A stretch of 48,907 bases of DNA from an uncultured Pirellulaceae bacterium. Its GTDB lineage: Bacteria > Planctomycetota > Planctomycetia > Pirellulales > Pirellulaceae. Positions 19,583 to 27,954 of the stretch are shown here, in pieces (position 1 is the first letter of the stretch; each line of letters starts with the position of its first letter). The DNA lies in NCBI GenBank assembly GCA_964601665.1, contig CAZROJ010000003.1:1-48907 (forward strand), read 5' to 3'. The notes under the pieces were generated by a model, which ran no database searches, was not told the DNA's origin, and worked only from the letters and a program-made list of their open reading frames with translations. Made by a program: the position numbers and the translations under genes.

Positions 19583-19614
19583 GCTTTTAAGTGGTTACGC
19601 TTTTAAGCGGTTAC
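19583..19614. repeat. 16-bp tandem duplication gcttttaag(t/c)ggttac x2 downstream of jetD
   Basis: Copies at 19583-19598 and 19599-19614, one mismatch. Confidence 0.88.
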
Positions 19615-19661
19615 GATTGCGAAGAATTGCAGCAGAAACGAAGGGGCCAAGCGTGGCGCAT

Positions 19662-19694
19662 AAAAAAACACCCGTCGAAGCGGGTGTTTATTTT
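19662..19694. terminator. Probably bidirectional intrinsic terminator between jetD and the convergent small gene
   Basis: aaacacccg-tcgaag-cgggtgttt with an A-run before and T-rich sequence after. Confidence 0.85.
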
Positions 19695-19718
19695 GTCGAT
19701 TGGCAGGCAGCCGAGTGA

Positions 19719-19955
19719 TTACTCGCGAGGCCGAACAGCACCGGTCAGGCCGCTGTAATCTTTGCGATCTTCTTCGTGCCAAAGTGGTTGTCCACCGAGC
19801 ACTCGTTGGCGCAGAGCTTCGATTTTTTCGTCTGAACCCGCTGGTGCATCAGTCGCAGAAAATTGCTCCGACTCGTATGGCACAAAATCCTCATCATGGC
19901 CGTACTCAAGAATAGCTTCGAATACGTTCTTAATTTGTTTTTTACCGTTGGTCAT
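19719..19955 (-). CDS. Small acidic conserved hypothetical protein (78 aa)
   Basis: MTNGKK...NVFEAILEYGHDEDF.P....PAGS.EK.E.LR.RV..G.PLWH..DR; protein-like composition, own terminator and promoter. ATG at 19955. Confidence 0.75.
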   Translation of the reverse strand: MTNGKKQIKNVFEAILEYGHDEDFVPYESEQFSATDAPAGSDEKIEALRQRVLGGQPLWHEEDRKDYSGLTGAVRPRE

Positions 19956-20092
19956 TATCTTCCTGAAGGGGAAAAAGGGTCTTTGAGCCAAGAATGGATT
20001 CGCCGTCAACCAAAATTTAGAATGAGTGGGATGGCCAATCGGGCTCTGTGGGTCGTGTGCCGGCCGAATACGTTTCGCCGACAACGGAGGTT

Positions 20093-20120
20093 ATTATTGA
20101 CGTAAAGAGTTCAAAGTCAA
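20093..20120 (-). promoter_or_regulatory. sigma70-like promoter overlapping a TTGAC-N14-GTCAA inverted repeat
   Basis: Minus strand TTGACT-16 nt-AATAAT; ttgac at 20097-20101 and gtcaa at 20116-20120. Confidence 0.45.
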
Positions 20121-20528
20121 GAAAATAATGTAGAAATCACAGTATCCTTTTGAGCCAAAATCCGTCAGTTTAGGAATTGCAACGATGTCGTAATTTGCGA
20201 ACGCTGTGTAGTCAGATTAATGGCCAAAGCTTATCAATCGGAAAGGTGATTTCGCAGAATCAATCCGTTTGCCGCATCAATGGAGGCGCGGACACCGTTG
20301 TTCGGCTCTAATGGATGTTGGTGGGGCGTGGTGACTTGGGCGGCGTGGCTGATGCCGCGTGGCATTGTCGAAACTGCCGATCCCAGCCCAACGCCGAGTG
20401 GCGAAATCGCTCTCGCGTGAACGTTTCTGAGTTGGATTGGGGCCGATTGAGGCGGTGGCTTGGTCAAAAGAAGAATGCATCGGCGGCGAAATGGCCAAAA
20501 AAAACAATACAAAAATTTGGAGGTAATT

Positions 20529-20966
20529 TTGGCATTCTGGTTTCAAAAGCAGGTCACTTTAGCTGCCAAACCGCGCGGGTTTCACTTGATCACTCGAGAG
20601 ATCTTGGCCGCCTGCCCGCAGATCAACGAAGTCGCGGTCGGGATGTTGCATGTTTTCATCCAGCACACTTCGGCGGGGCTTACGATTAACGAAAACGCGG
20701 ATCCCGATGTGCGTGTCGACATGGAAACGGCCGCCAACCAGCTGTGCCCTGAAAGCTCTCCTTTTATTCACACCTGTGAAGGCCCCGACGACATGCCGGC
20801 TCATGTGAAAGCATCCTTGTTTGGAGCCAGCGTGCTGGTTCCGATTTCCGACGGGCGATTGAATCTGGGCACTTGGCAAGGCATTTATCTTTGCGAGCAT
20901 CGCGATCATGGCGGGCGGCGCCGGCTGGTGCTGACGCTTCAAGGGAAAGCTCAGAATGATGAATGA
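20529..20966 (+). CDS. yjbQ: YjbQ / UPF0047 family (secondary thiamine-phosphate synthase-like)
   Basis: RGFHLIT, HTSAGLTINENADPDV, EGPDDMPAHVK and LGTWQGIYLCEHR motifs; GGAGGT RBS before the TTG at 20529. Confidence 0.92.
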   Translation: MAFWFQKQVTLAAKPRGFHLITREILAACPQINEVAVGMLHVFIQHTSAGLTINENADPDVRVDMETAANQLCPESSPFIHTCEGPDDMPAHVKASLFGASVLVPISDGRLNLGTWQGIYLCEHRDHGGRRRLVLTLQGKAQNDE

Positions 20967-23766
20967 GGCCGGCGGCTCTATCGAGATTTGCGGAGCACGA
21001 ACCAACAACCTGAAAAACGTTTCGCTGTCGATTCCTCGGCAACAATTGGTCGTCATTACGGGGCGAAGTGGTAGTGGCAAAAGTAGTTTGGCAATTGATA
21101 CGCTGTTCGCTGAAGGTCAGCGTCAGTACGTCGAAAGCCTGTCCATTTACTCGCGGCAGTTTTTTTCTCAGCTGCCGCGTGCGGATGTGGATCGCATCGA
21201 TGGGCTGCAACCCACGCTGGCAATCCAGCAACACAAATACCGATCGAATCGACGCAGTACGGTTGGGACCTTGACCGAGGTCTATGATTTTTTAAAGCTG
21301 TTGATGGCCCGAGTGGGCGATGTTCACTGCCATGGATGCGACCAATTAATTCAACAGCAAACACCGTCTGAAATCGTCGACCGAATTTTGGAACTGCCCG
21401 AGCGCACCAAGGCCATGATCCTTTCTCCGGTCGCGGTCGAGCAAGTTGGGGCGCACCAAGATACGATAAAAAAAATTCGAGCCGAAGGGTTGGTTCGTGT
21501 TCGGGTCGATGGCGAAATTTTCGATATTGAACAAGTCCCCGTATTGGATCCAAAAAAAAAGCACACGATCGAAGCGGTCGCCGATCGAATTATCGTTCGC
21601 GAGGGAATCGAGGGCCGGCTGCTGGAGGCGATTGATAACGCGGTGCGAATCAGCAGCGATGGCCAAGTGATTTGTTGTTGGCTGCCAGCGGGCCAAACGG
21701 ATTGGAGCGATAAGTTATATTCGACTCGGTTCGCCTGCCCGCAGTGCGATATTTACTACGCTGAAGTTCAGCCGCGAAGTTTCAGTTTCAATAGTCCGCT
21801 GGGCGCCTGCGAAACGTGTTATGGGCTGGGTGCCTTTACTCAGTTCGAACCCGAAGCCGTTGTTGATCGAAACCTTGCCGTTGCTGACGGTGCAGTGATT
21901 GCGTGGCAACAGCTTCCGGCGGCACAGCGTAAAAAGCAAATCAAATGGCTGGAGCCCATTTTGAATTTGGTTGGCATTGACGCCCAAACGCCGCTGTCAA
22001 AACTGGGGCCTGCCGATTTTGAACGCTTGATGCATCATCATGACAAATTGATTCCTGGTTTGTCGTTGGTGCTGGAAAAGGAGCTCGCCACGACAACGTC
22101 CGAAGATCGCCAAGCAGACTTGGAAACGATGCGCGGCGAAGTTGTGTGCCACGATTGTTCTGGTGCCCGAGTCTCACGCCAGGCGAGATCGGTTTTTTTG
22201 CAAGGCTGCCACATCGGCGATCTTGTTAGTTTGCCGCTCGAAGAGCTGGTGACGTTTTTTGATGCCGTCCAGTTCAAAGACGAACAGAAACGCTCCATCG
22301 CTGAGCCGATTGTTGCCGAAATTATTGCTCGGCTGCAATTTTTGAAAAATGTGGGCGTCGGTTATTTGAGTCTTGGCCGGCCGGCTGATTCGCTCTCTGG
22401 CGGCGAGCATCAACGAGTTCGTTTGGCTGCTTCGGTAGGGGCGGGCGTGACGAGTGTTTGTTTCGTTTTGGACGAACCGTCTACAGGGCTGCACGCTCGC
22501 GATACCGACCGGCTGTTAGAAACGCTCCGGAAAATCCAAGCCGGCGGCAATTCGGTGGTCGTGGTCGAGCACGACGAAGAGATCATTGCAGCGGCGGATC
22601 ACATCGTTGAAGTTGGTCCCGGTGCCGGTGTTGACGGCGGGTCGGTTGTGGCGGCGGGCAATCCGAATGCCATCAAGGACTCGTCTGAAAGCTTGACCGG
22701 GCAGTTCCTGTCGGGAAAGCGCCAGATCGTTCGAGCAAATCGGCGTGTCGTGGATCCCAACAGCGTGATTAAAATTCAAGGGGCTGCGGGCAACAACCTG
22801 AAGGACATCGATGTCGAAATTCCACTGGGTGTTCTTTGCGCGGTGTCGGGGGTTAGCGGGAGTGGCAAGAGCACGCTGGTTGGGCAGACGTTGGTTCCGG
22901 TGATGCGGCGGCATTTTGAGTTGCTGTCGCCCAAGCCAGCCAAGTACGTTTCGATTTTGGGGCTCGATCAACTTGATCATTTTGTAGTTGTCGATCAGCG
23001 ACCGATTGGGCGATCGCCACGAGCCTGTCCCGCGACTTTCTGCGGTTTGCTTGATGAATTTCGAAAACTGTTCGTCGCGACAAAGTTGGCTAAGCAGCTT
23101 GGCTTTGGCAAAGGCCGATTTACTTTTAACTCCAAATCCGGATGGTGCCCGACTTGCCAAGGTCTCGGCCATCGAAAAGTTGAAATGACTTTTATGCCAG
23201 ACGTGTTCGTCGAATGTGATGTTTGCAACGGCCGCCGCTATAATTTACAAACGCTGCAAGTTAAGTTCGCTGGTCATAGCATCGCCGACGTGTTAACCAT
23301 GACGATCGACGAAGCGGTGCAAGCTTTCGCGAACTTTAGTCGGATCAAATCGGTGTTAAGCGTTCTGGCTGAAGTGGGCCTCGGGTATTTAAAACTGGGC
23401 CAACCGGCGACGACCTTGTCCGGCGGCGAGGCACAACGATTGAAGCTTGCGCGGCATTTGGCGCTTCAGGCGACGGACATGCGGAAAACTTTGTTTGTTT
23501 TGGACGAACCGACCAGCGGGCTGCATGCGGCCGATGTCCAACTGCTGCTGGACGTGCTGGATCGATTGGTCCAAGCGGGGCATTCGGTTTTGGTGATCGA
23601 GCATCATTTGGATGTGATACGCAATGCAGATTGGGTGATCGATTTGGGCCCCGACGGCGGTGAGGCGGGAGGAAGCGTCGTGGCGGCTTGTCGGCCTGAC
23701 GATTTGGCCAAGTCAGAAAAGTCGATAACGGGTCAGTGGCTGGCGAATTCAGCCGCGTCAAAATAA
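20956..23766 (+). CDS. uvrA: Excinuclease ABC subunit A
   Basis: Two ABC modules (GRSGSGKSS / LSGGE / LDEP and GVSGSGKST / LSGGEAQR / LDEPT); AEGQRQYVESLS; FSFNSP.GAC; Zn-finger Cys pairs. Confidence 0.95.
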   Translation: MMNEAGGSIEICGARTNNLKNVSLSIPRQQLVVITGRSGSGKSSLAIDTLFAEGQRQYVESLSIYSRQFFSQLPRADVDRIDGLQPTLAIQQHKYRSNRRSTVGTLTEVYDFLKLLMARVGDVHCHGCDQLIQQQTPSEIVDRILELPERTKAMILSPVAVEQVGAHQDTIKKIRAEGLVRVRVDGEIFDIEQVPVLDPKKKHTIEAVADRIIVREGIEGRLLEAIDNAVRISSDGQVICCWLPAGQTDWSDKLYSTRFACPQCDIYYAEVQPRSFSFNSPLGACETCYGLGAFTQFEPEAVVDRNLAVADGAVIAWQQLPAAQRKKQIKWLEPILNLVGIDAQTPLSKLGPADFERLMHHHDKLIPGLSLVLEKELATTTSEDRQADLETMRGEVVCHDCSGARVSRQARSVFLQGCHIGDLVSLPLEELVTFFDAVQFKDEQKRSIAEPIVAEIIARLQFLKNVGVGYLSLGRPADSLSGGEHQRVRLAASVGAGVTSVCFVLDEPSTGLHARDTDRLLETLRKIQAGGNSVVVVEHDEEIIAAADHIVEVGPGAGVDGGSVVAAGNPNAIKDSSESLTGQFLSGKRQIVRANRRVVDPNSVIKIQGAAGNNLKDIDVEIPLGVLCAVSGVSGSGKSTLVGQTLVPVMRRHFELLSPKPAKYVSILGLDQLDHFVVVDQRPIGRSPRACPATFCGLLDEFRKLFVATKLAKQLGFGKGRFTFNSKSGWCPTCQGLGHRKVEMTFMPDVFVECDVCNGRRYNLQTLQVKFAGHSIADVLTMTIDEAVQAFANFSRIKSVLSVLAEVGLGYLKLGQPATTLSGGEAQRLKLARHLALQATDMRKTLFVLDEPTSGLHAADVQLLLDVLDRLVQAGHSVLVIEHHLDVIRNADWVIDLGPDGGEAGGSVVAACRPDDLAKSEKSITGQWLANSAASK

Positions 23767-23804
23767 TCGAACGATTTAAGCAAAATTCAACGAGTGATAT
23801 ACAC

Positions 23805-25271
23805 ATGGACAAATTGCAAAACTACATCAATGGCCAATGGGTCGACGGCTTGGCGGATGAAATTTCGACACACTGTCCTAACGATGATTCGGTCGTTGCC
23901 GCAGGGAAATCTGCGTCGCTAAGACAAGTCGACGATGCGTTCGCGGCCGCTCGAGAAGCCTTTGGTGCTTGGTGGGATGTGGGTTCGGATCAACGCGTGG
24001 ATTTGGTCGAGCGGTACGCAGCGTTGGTTCGTGAAAATGCGGATGAACTGGCCGACTTGATCGCACGGGAAACGGGCAAGCCATTTTGGGAGACAAAAAC
24101 GGAAGCCGCCGCGGTGGTGGGCAAAGTGGCCGTGTCGATCGATTCAATGCGAGAACGGCGCAGCAAGACTTCGTTTGAAATGGGCCAGGCGAACGCGGTG
24201 ACGCGTTACAAACCGCATGGCATCTGCGGCGTTTTGGGACCCTTCAATTTTCCAGCTCATCTGCCCAACGGGCACATCGTTCCGGCACTGATTTGTGGCA
24301 ATACGGTCGTGTTCAAGCCCAGCGAAATAACGCCGGCGACGGGCGTTTGGATGATGCAAAAATGGCATGAAGCGGGACTGCCGGCTGGAGTTTTGAATCT
24401 GGTTCAGGGCGGAAGAGAAATTGGTGAAGCGATTGCCAGTCACGATGAACTGGACGGTCTGTTTTTTACAGGCTCAAGTCGAGCAGGAGTGGCGCTGAGC
24501 AAAACGCTCGCGCCGACGCCGCAAAAGATTTTGGCTCTAGAAATGGGCGGCAATAATCCGTTGATCGTACATGAAACTAACGATGTCAAAGCGGCCGCTT
24601 ACTTGACGGTGTTGTCGGCTTACATCACCGCAGGCCAACGATGCACTTGTGCTCGCCGCTTGATTGTCGTCGATGGTGAACCGGCTGATCGGTTTTTATT
24701 AGCGCTGAAATCTTCGATCGAGGGTATCAAGGTTGGGTTCAATACGGATTCGCCGGAGCCATTTTTTGGGACCGTGATTAACGATGCCACCGGCAAGCGA
24801 CTGCTGGAGGCTCAATCGGATCTGATCGCCCGCGGTGCGACGCCGATTGTCGAAATGAAGCGACTGCGAGACTGCGATGCGTTGGTTTCGCCGGGCTTGT
24901 TAGATGTAACGGATGTAGGTGACCGCGAGGACGAAGAACATTTTGGTCCGCTGCTGACATTGATTCGCGTTGGCAGTTTGGACGAAGCAATCGCCGAAGC
25001 CAATCGAACCAAGTACGGCCTTTCGGCAGGGCTGCTTTCAGATAACGCAGAAGTCTATCAACAGTTCATTCATCACATTCGTGCCGGAATCGTAAACTGG
25101 AATCGTCAAACCACTGGAGCCAGCGGCAAGCTGCCCTTTGGCGGTTGTGGGCTGAGCGGTAACCATCGGCCGAGTGCCTATTTTGCGGTCGACTATTGTT
25201 CGTTCCCGGTTGCTTCGATCGAAGCCGAAACGTTATCGATGCCAGATAAGAAGTTGCCGGGAATTGAATAA
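23805..25271 (+). CDS. astD: N-succinylglutamate 5-semialdehyde dehydrogenase
   Basis: GPFNFPAHLPNGHIVPAL, LALEMGGNNP, catalytic AGQRCTCARR, PFGG.G.SGNHRPSAY.A.DYC. Confidence 0.9.
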   Translation: MDKLQNYINGQWVDGLADEISTHCPNDDSVVAAGKSASLRQVDDAFAAAREAFGAWWDVGSDQRVDLVERYAALVRENADELADLIARETGKPFWETKTEAAAVVGKVAVSIDSMRERRSKTSFEMGQANAVTRYKPHGICGVLGPFNFPAHLPNGHIVPALICGNTVVFKPSEITPATGVWMMQKWHEAGLPAGVLNLVQGGREIGEAIASHDELDGLFFTGSSRAGVALSKTLAPTPQKILALEMGGNNPLIVHETNDVKAAAYLTVLSAYITAGQRCTCARRLIVVDGEPADRFLLALKSSIEGIKVGFNTDSPEPFFGTVINDATGKRLLEAQSDLIARGATPIVEMKRLRDCDALVSPGLLDVTDVGDREDEEHFGPLLTLIRVGSLDEAIAEANRTKYGLSAGLLSDNAEVYQQFIHHIRAGIVNWNRQTTGASGKLPFGGCGLSGNHRPSAYFAVDYCSFPVASIEAETLSMPDKKLPGIE

Positions 25272-25273
25272 GA

Positions 25274-25329
25274 GATGATCCCACAACTTTTGAGCCGACG
25301 TCGCCAGCCGCGGGCATTTTGGGATAATC
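25274..25329. repeat. ~56-bp REP/MITE-like element, copy 2
   Basis: TIRs gatgatccca / tgggataatc (one mismatch); core tgagccgacgtcgccagccgcgggcatttt, aligned in reverse to 11441-11503. Confidence 0.85.
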
Positions 25330-25331
25330 AT

Positions 25332-25538
25332 TTAGAACTTTTTGCGAGTTAGCAGATAGACCACGGCGATTTGCAGGATGCCCAGCAGGACGAAAAAACT
25401 ACCGATGCCGATCCATTGAGCCGATTGGCTGAAGGTTAATTCTTCGACTCGCCAAGGTCGAGCGATGCAGATGCCTCCGACGACCAGCGAGGCCAGAATT
25501 GAAACGGAGAGTTTGCCAAGAAGGAGGGCTCGCCACAT
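25332..25538 (-). CDS. Small two-TM membrane protein (68 aa) immediately downstream of btaB
   Basis: Two hydrophobic helices and a basic C-terminus (RKKF); ATG 2 bp after the btaB stop. Confidence 0.6.
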   Translation of the reverse strand: MWRALLLGKLSVSILASLVVGGICIARPWRVEELTFSQSAQWIGIGSFFVLLGILQIAVVYLLTRKKF

Positions 25539-25540
25539 TG

Positions 25541-26275
25541 TTAATCAGCTGCCTTGCGGCCAATGAATTGATAATAGGGGGTGCGGAAAAACGGAACGTA
25601 CGGCATCCGGCTACGGGCTTCGACAACTTTGACTTGTTCGAAGTGGCGTTTCAAAAACGGCAGGTGGTCGGGCGATGGAAAAACGTTGTCCGTTGCAAAC
25701 CACGGTTGCCACATGGTTCGCGAAAGCCAGCCTTGTTTCTTGAGTCCTGCAGGCGGAAACTTGCGGCCGACGTAAAAATCGACAACGCCGATTTGCCCGC
25801 CGGGTTTTAAGATTCGCAGAGCGTTTTCGATTGCCGCGAACCAATCGGGAATCATGGTCAAGGAATAAGAAAACGTCACCACATCCGCGTAGCCTTCGGG
25901 CGGAGTGAATTTTGTCGCGTCGGCAGCAACTGATTCGGCGTTGTCCCAGCCGCGTTCAGCAAAGCGGTCCGATGCTACTTTTAAGAGCGATTCCGAAAGG
26001 TCGACGACGTAGACTTTTTTCAGCTGGTCGATGTTGTCGGCCAAGTTTTCAATGTTGGAACCCGTACCGCCGCCCATGTCGACCCAGACACCGCCTGCGG
26101 GAGTTTCGATTGACTGGTAAAGATCTTCGCGACCCTTCAGTAGTCGCCGCCGAAAATCATCGTAGGCACCCGCTTGCCCACCATAAAAACTCTCCATTCG
26201 CTCGGCATGGTTGTCTCCCCGTACCGGCTTTAAAAGCATGTGGTACAGAACTTTCATGTCAGAGAAAAAAGCCAT
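25541..26275 (-). CDS. btaB: Betaine-lipid SAM N-methyltransferase (BtaB-like)
   Basis: ESFYGGQAGAYDDFRRRLLKGRE, WVDMGGGTG, TFSYSLTMIPDW, VVDFYV; directly downstream of btaA. Confidence 0.85.
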   Translation of the reverse strand: MAFFSDMKVLYHMLLKPVRGDNHAERMESFYGGQAGAYDDFRRRLLKGREDLYQSIETPAGGVWVDMGGGTGSNIENLADNIDQLKKVYVVDLSESLLKVASDRFAERGWDNAESVAADATKFTPPEGYADVVTFSYSLTMIPDWFAAIENALRILKPGGQIGVVDFYVGRKFPPAGLKKQGWLSRTMWQPWFATDNVFPSPDHLPFLKRHFEQVKVVEARSRMPYVPFFRTPYYQFIGRKAAD

Positions 26276-26323
26276 AGACGCGTCGAAGTTAAAACAGAGG
26301 AAATGAAGCGGAGAGTCAGAGTT

Positions 26324-27514
26324 TTAGGCTTTGAGGTCGGCAATGTAAAAACTGCCGTACGTGTGCACGCGATCGATCACGTGCAGTTCGTCGGCAAGTT
26401 TTTGGTTGTACTCAAGCATTGGAGCGATTTTTTGTAATTTGCCATCGAGCGTGATTTGCACTTCGTCGATAAAGTCGGTTCGCAGTCCGCCGCTACGCCA
26501 GATCAGCCGCGTCTCCGGAGCGGCACGGTTGATGACCGCTTGCCATTCCGATTCGAGCATCGGGAAAAAGTTCGTGCTCAGCCAGTCCATGTGGTCCAGC
26601 AAAATGTAGCGCGAGATCTGCCCATCGTGAGCTTCCAGGAAGCCTTGAACGGAATTGGTGTGCGTCGAAATTTTGTCGACCACTCCATTTTTAAGCGCCG
26701 CAAAATTCGCCTCCTTGAGATACTCAGGGCAACATTCGCGAGTGTAGCTGCCTTTGATGTAGACTCGCCAGAAGTAATTATCTTTCAGCGGAAGTTTGGC
26801 AAACACGGCTTCCACACAGTCTTGGATAAACTTGACCAAGCCGCCCGGGTACTGTGTGTCGATTTGGTGTCGTTGAGCTTTGGGGACGCCCAACATTGAC
26901 ATCGTCGTATCGCGGTTCATAAAGAACTTCATCGCGCCCGACCAGAATTTCTTTTTCAGGTGCTTGTCGTAGATTTCTTTTTGTTCTTCAACGGAATCCG
27001 CCTCGAGCATGTTGTCCAGATGCTCGGTCGATTTGATGACGTGCTTGTTGTAGATGCGGACCATCCGAGCGAAAGTGCCCGAGGTTCCTCGGTCGTAGAA
27101 CGTTTTTCGGTTGTTGTCGAACCAGCCGATTTTTTTGTCCCAGAATTGCTGCGACCATTCGGGCAGGCTGTCGCGAAGTTGATCTTCGTAAATCGACTTG
27201 GCGTTTGGCAAACGGCCTTCGCCAAACATTTGAAAGAACGTGTCGAAATCCAAGTTTTTGATGCCGCTGATTTTTAGATCTAGCAACGCGTTTTGCCGCG
27301 GATTCATGTCGACCGCGTAAACATGGTTGGGGCCCGCCAGCGCGTAATCGAGCGCATTGCAGCCTGCCGAGGTAATGACCAAAACGTTGTCGTCGGGACT
27401 GAAGTCCAATGCAACGCGGTCGAGCCGTGGGTCTTCCCAACAAGTGTTGTAGACCAAATTATTGCCATGAACCGCGGTGAAGACTTTGCGGCTGACCCAA
27501 TCAAAAAACGCCAT
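26324..27514 (-). CDS. btaA: SAM:diacylglycerol 3-amino-3-carboxypropyl transferase BtaA (DUF3419)
   Basis: LVYNTCWEDP.LD, ITSAGCNALDY, AVDMNP.QN.LL.LK, NYFWR, PEYLK, LLDHMDW, DRVHTYGSF. Confidence 0.9.
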   Translation of the reverse strand: MAFFDWVSRKVFTAVHGNNLVYNTCWEDPRLDRVALDFSPDDNVLVITSAGCNALDYALAGPNHVYAVDMNPRQNALLDLKISGIKNLDFDTFFQMFGEGRLPNAKSIYEDQLRDSLPEWSQQFWDKKIGWFDNNRKTFYDRGTSGTFARMVRIYNKHVIKSTEHLDNMLEADSVEEQKEIYDKHLKKKFWSGAMKFFMNRDTTMSMLGVPKAQRHQIDTQYPGGLVKFIQDCVEAVFAKLPLKDNYFWRVYIKGSYTRECCPEYLKEANFAALKNGVVDKISTHTNSVQGFLEAHDGQISRYILLDHMDWLSTNFFPMLESEWQAVINRAAPETRLIWRSGGLRTDFIDEVQITLDGKLQKIAPMLEYNQKLADELHVIDRVHTYGSFYIADLKA

Positions 27515-27954
27515 TGTGGAGAGTCAAATTCGATGTTGTGTAGTTTAAGGAAGGGCAGATTGTATCAGCTTCAGTCGAAAACCAACACTGCCTGATAGCC
27601 CCCGAACAGGGTGGCTGGGCAAGGTAATCGGGCCGGTCAGGTAACGGCCACCGGTTAGGCGAAAAGCGGTTGCGAATTTACCTGAACTTTCGACGGATTC
27701 TCAAAAATGTACGCTTGGATTGGGAGATATTTTTCTGCCGACCGCTGGGGGCAACTTTTAGGCAACTGCCCAGATGCATTGAAAGCGGATTGTTTAACAT
27801 TTATTGACGATCTGGCTGTCGGCCGAGTGTTTGGCGGGGGCAAAATAAACGCGAACAAAATTAAAATTTACAGCAGCACTAGAAAAAAACGACTGTTTTT
27901 GTCATCGTTTTAGCTGCCCCAATTCATTCATGCCGCTGCAACCAGATACGTTTT

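Noticed and set aside
12700-19720. Wadjet as a discrete mobile island with att sites
   Set aside because: No integrase, tRNA or matching direct repeats found by eye on the two flanks.
27515-27954. Pho box upstream of btaA
   Set aside because: Expected from DGTS biology, but no convincing 11-bp-periodic CTGTCAT-like repeat is visible; only a TGnTACAAT -10-like element at 27559-27567.
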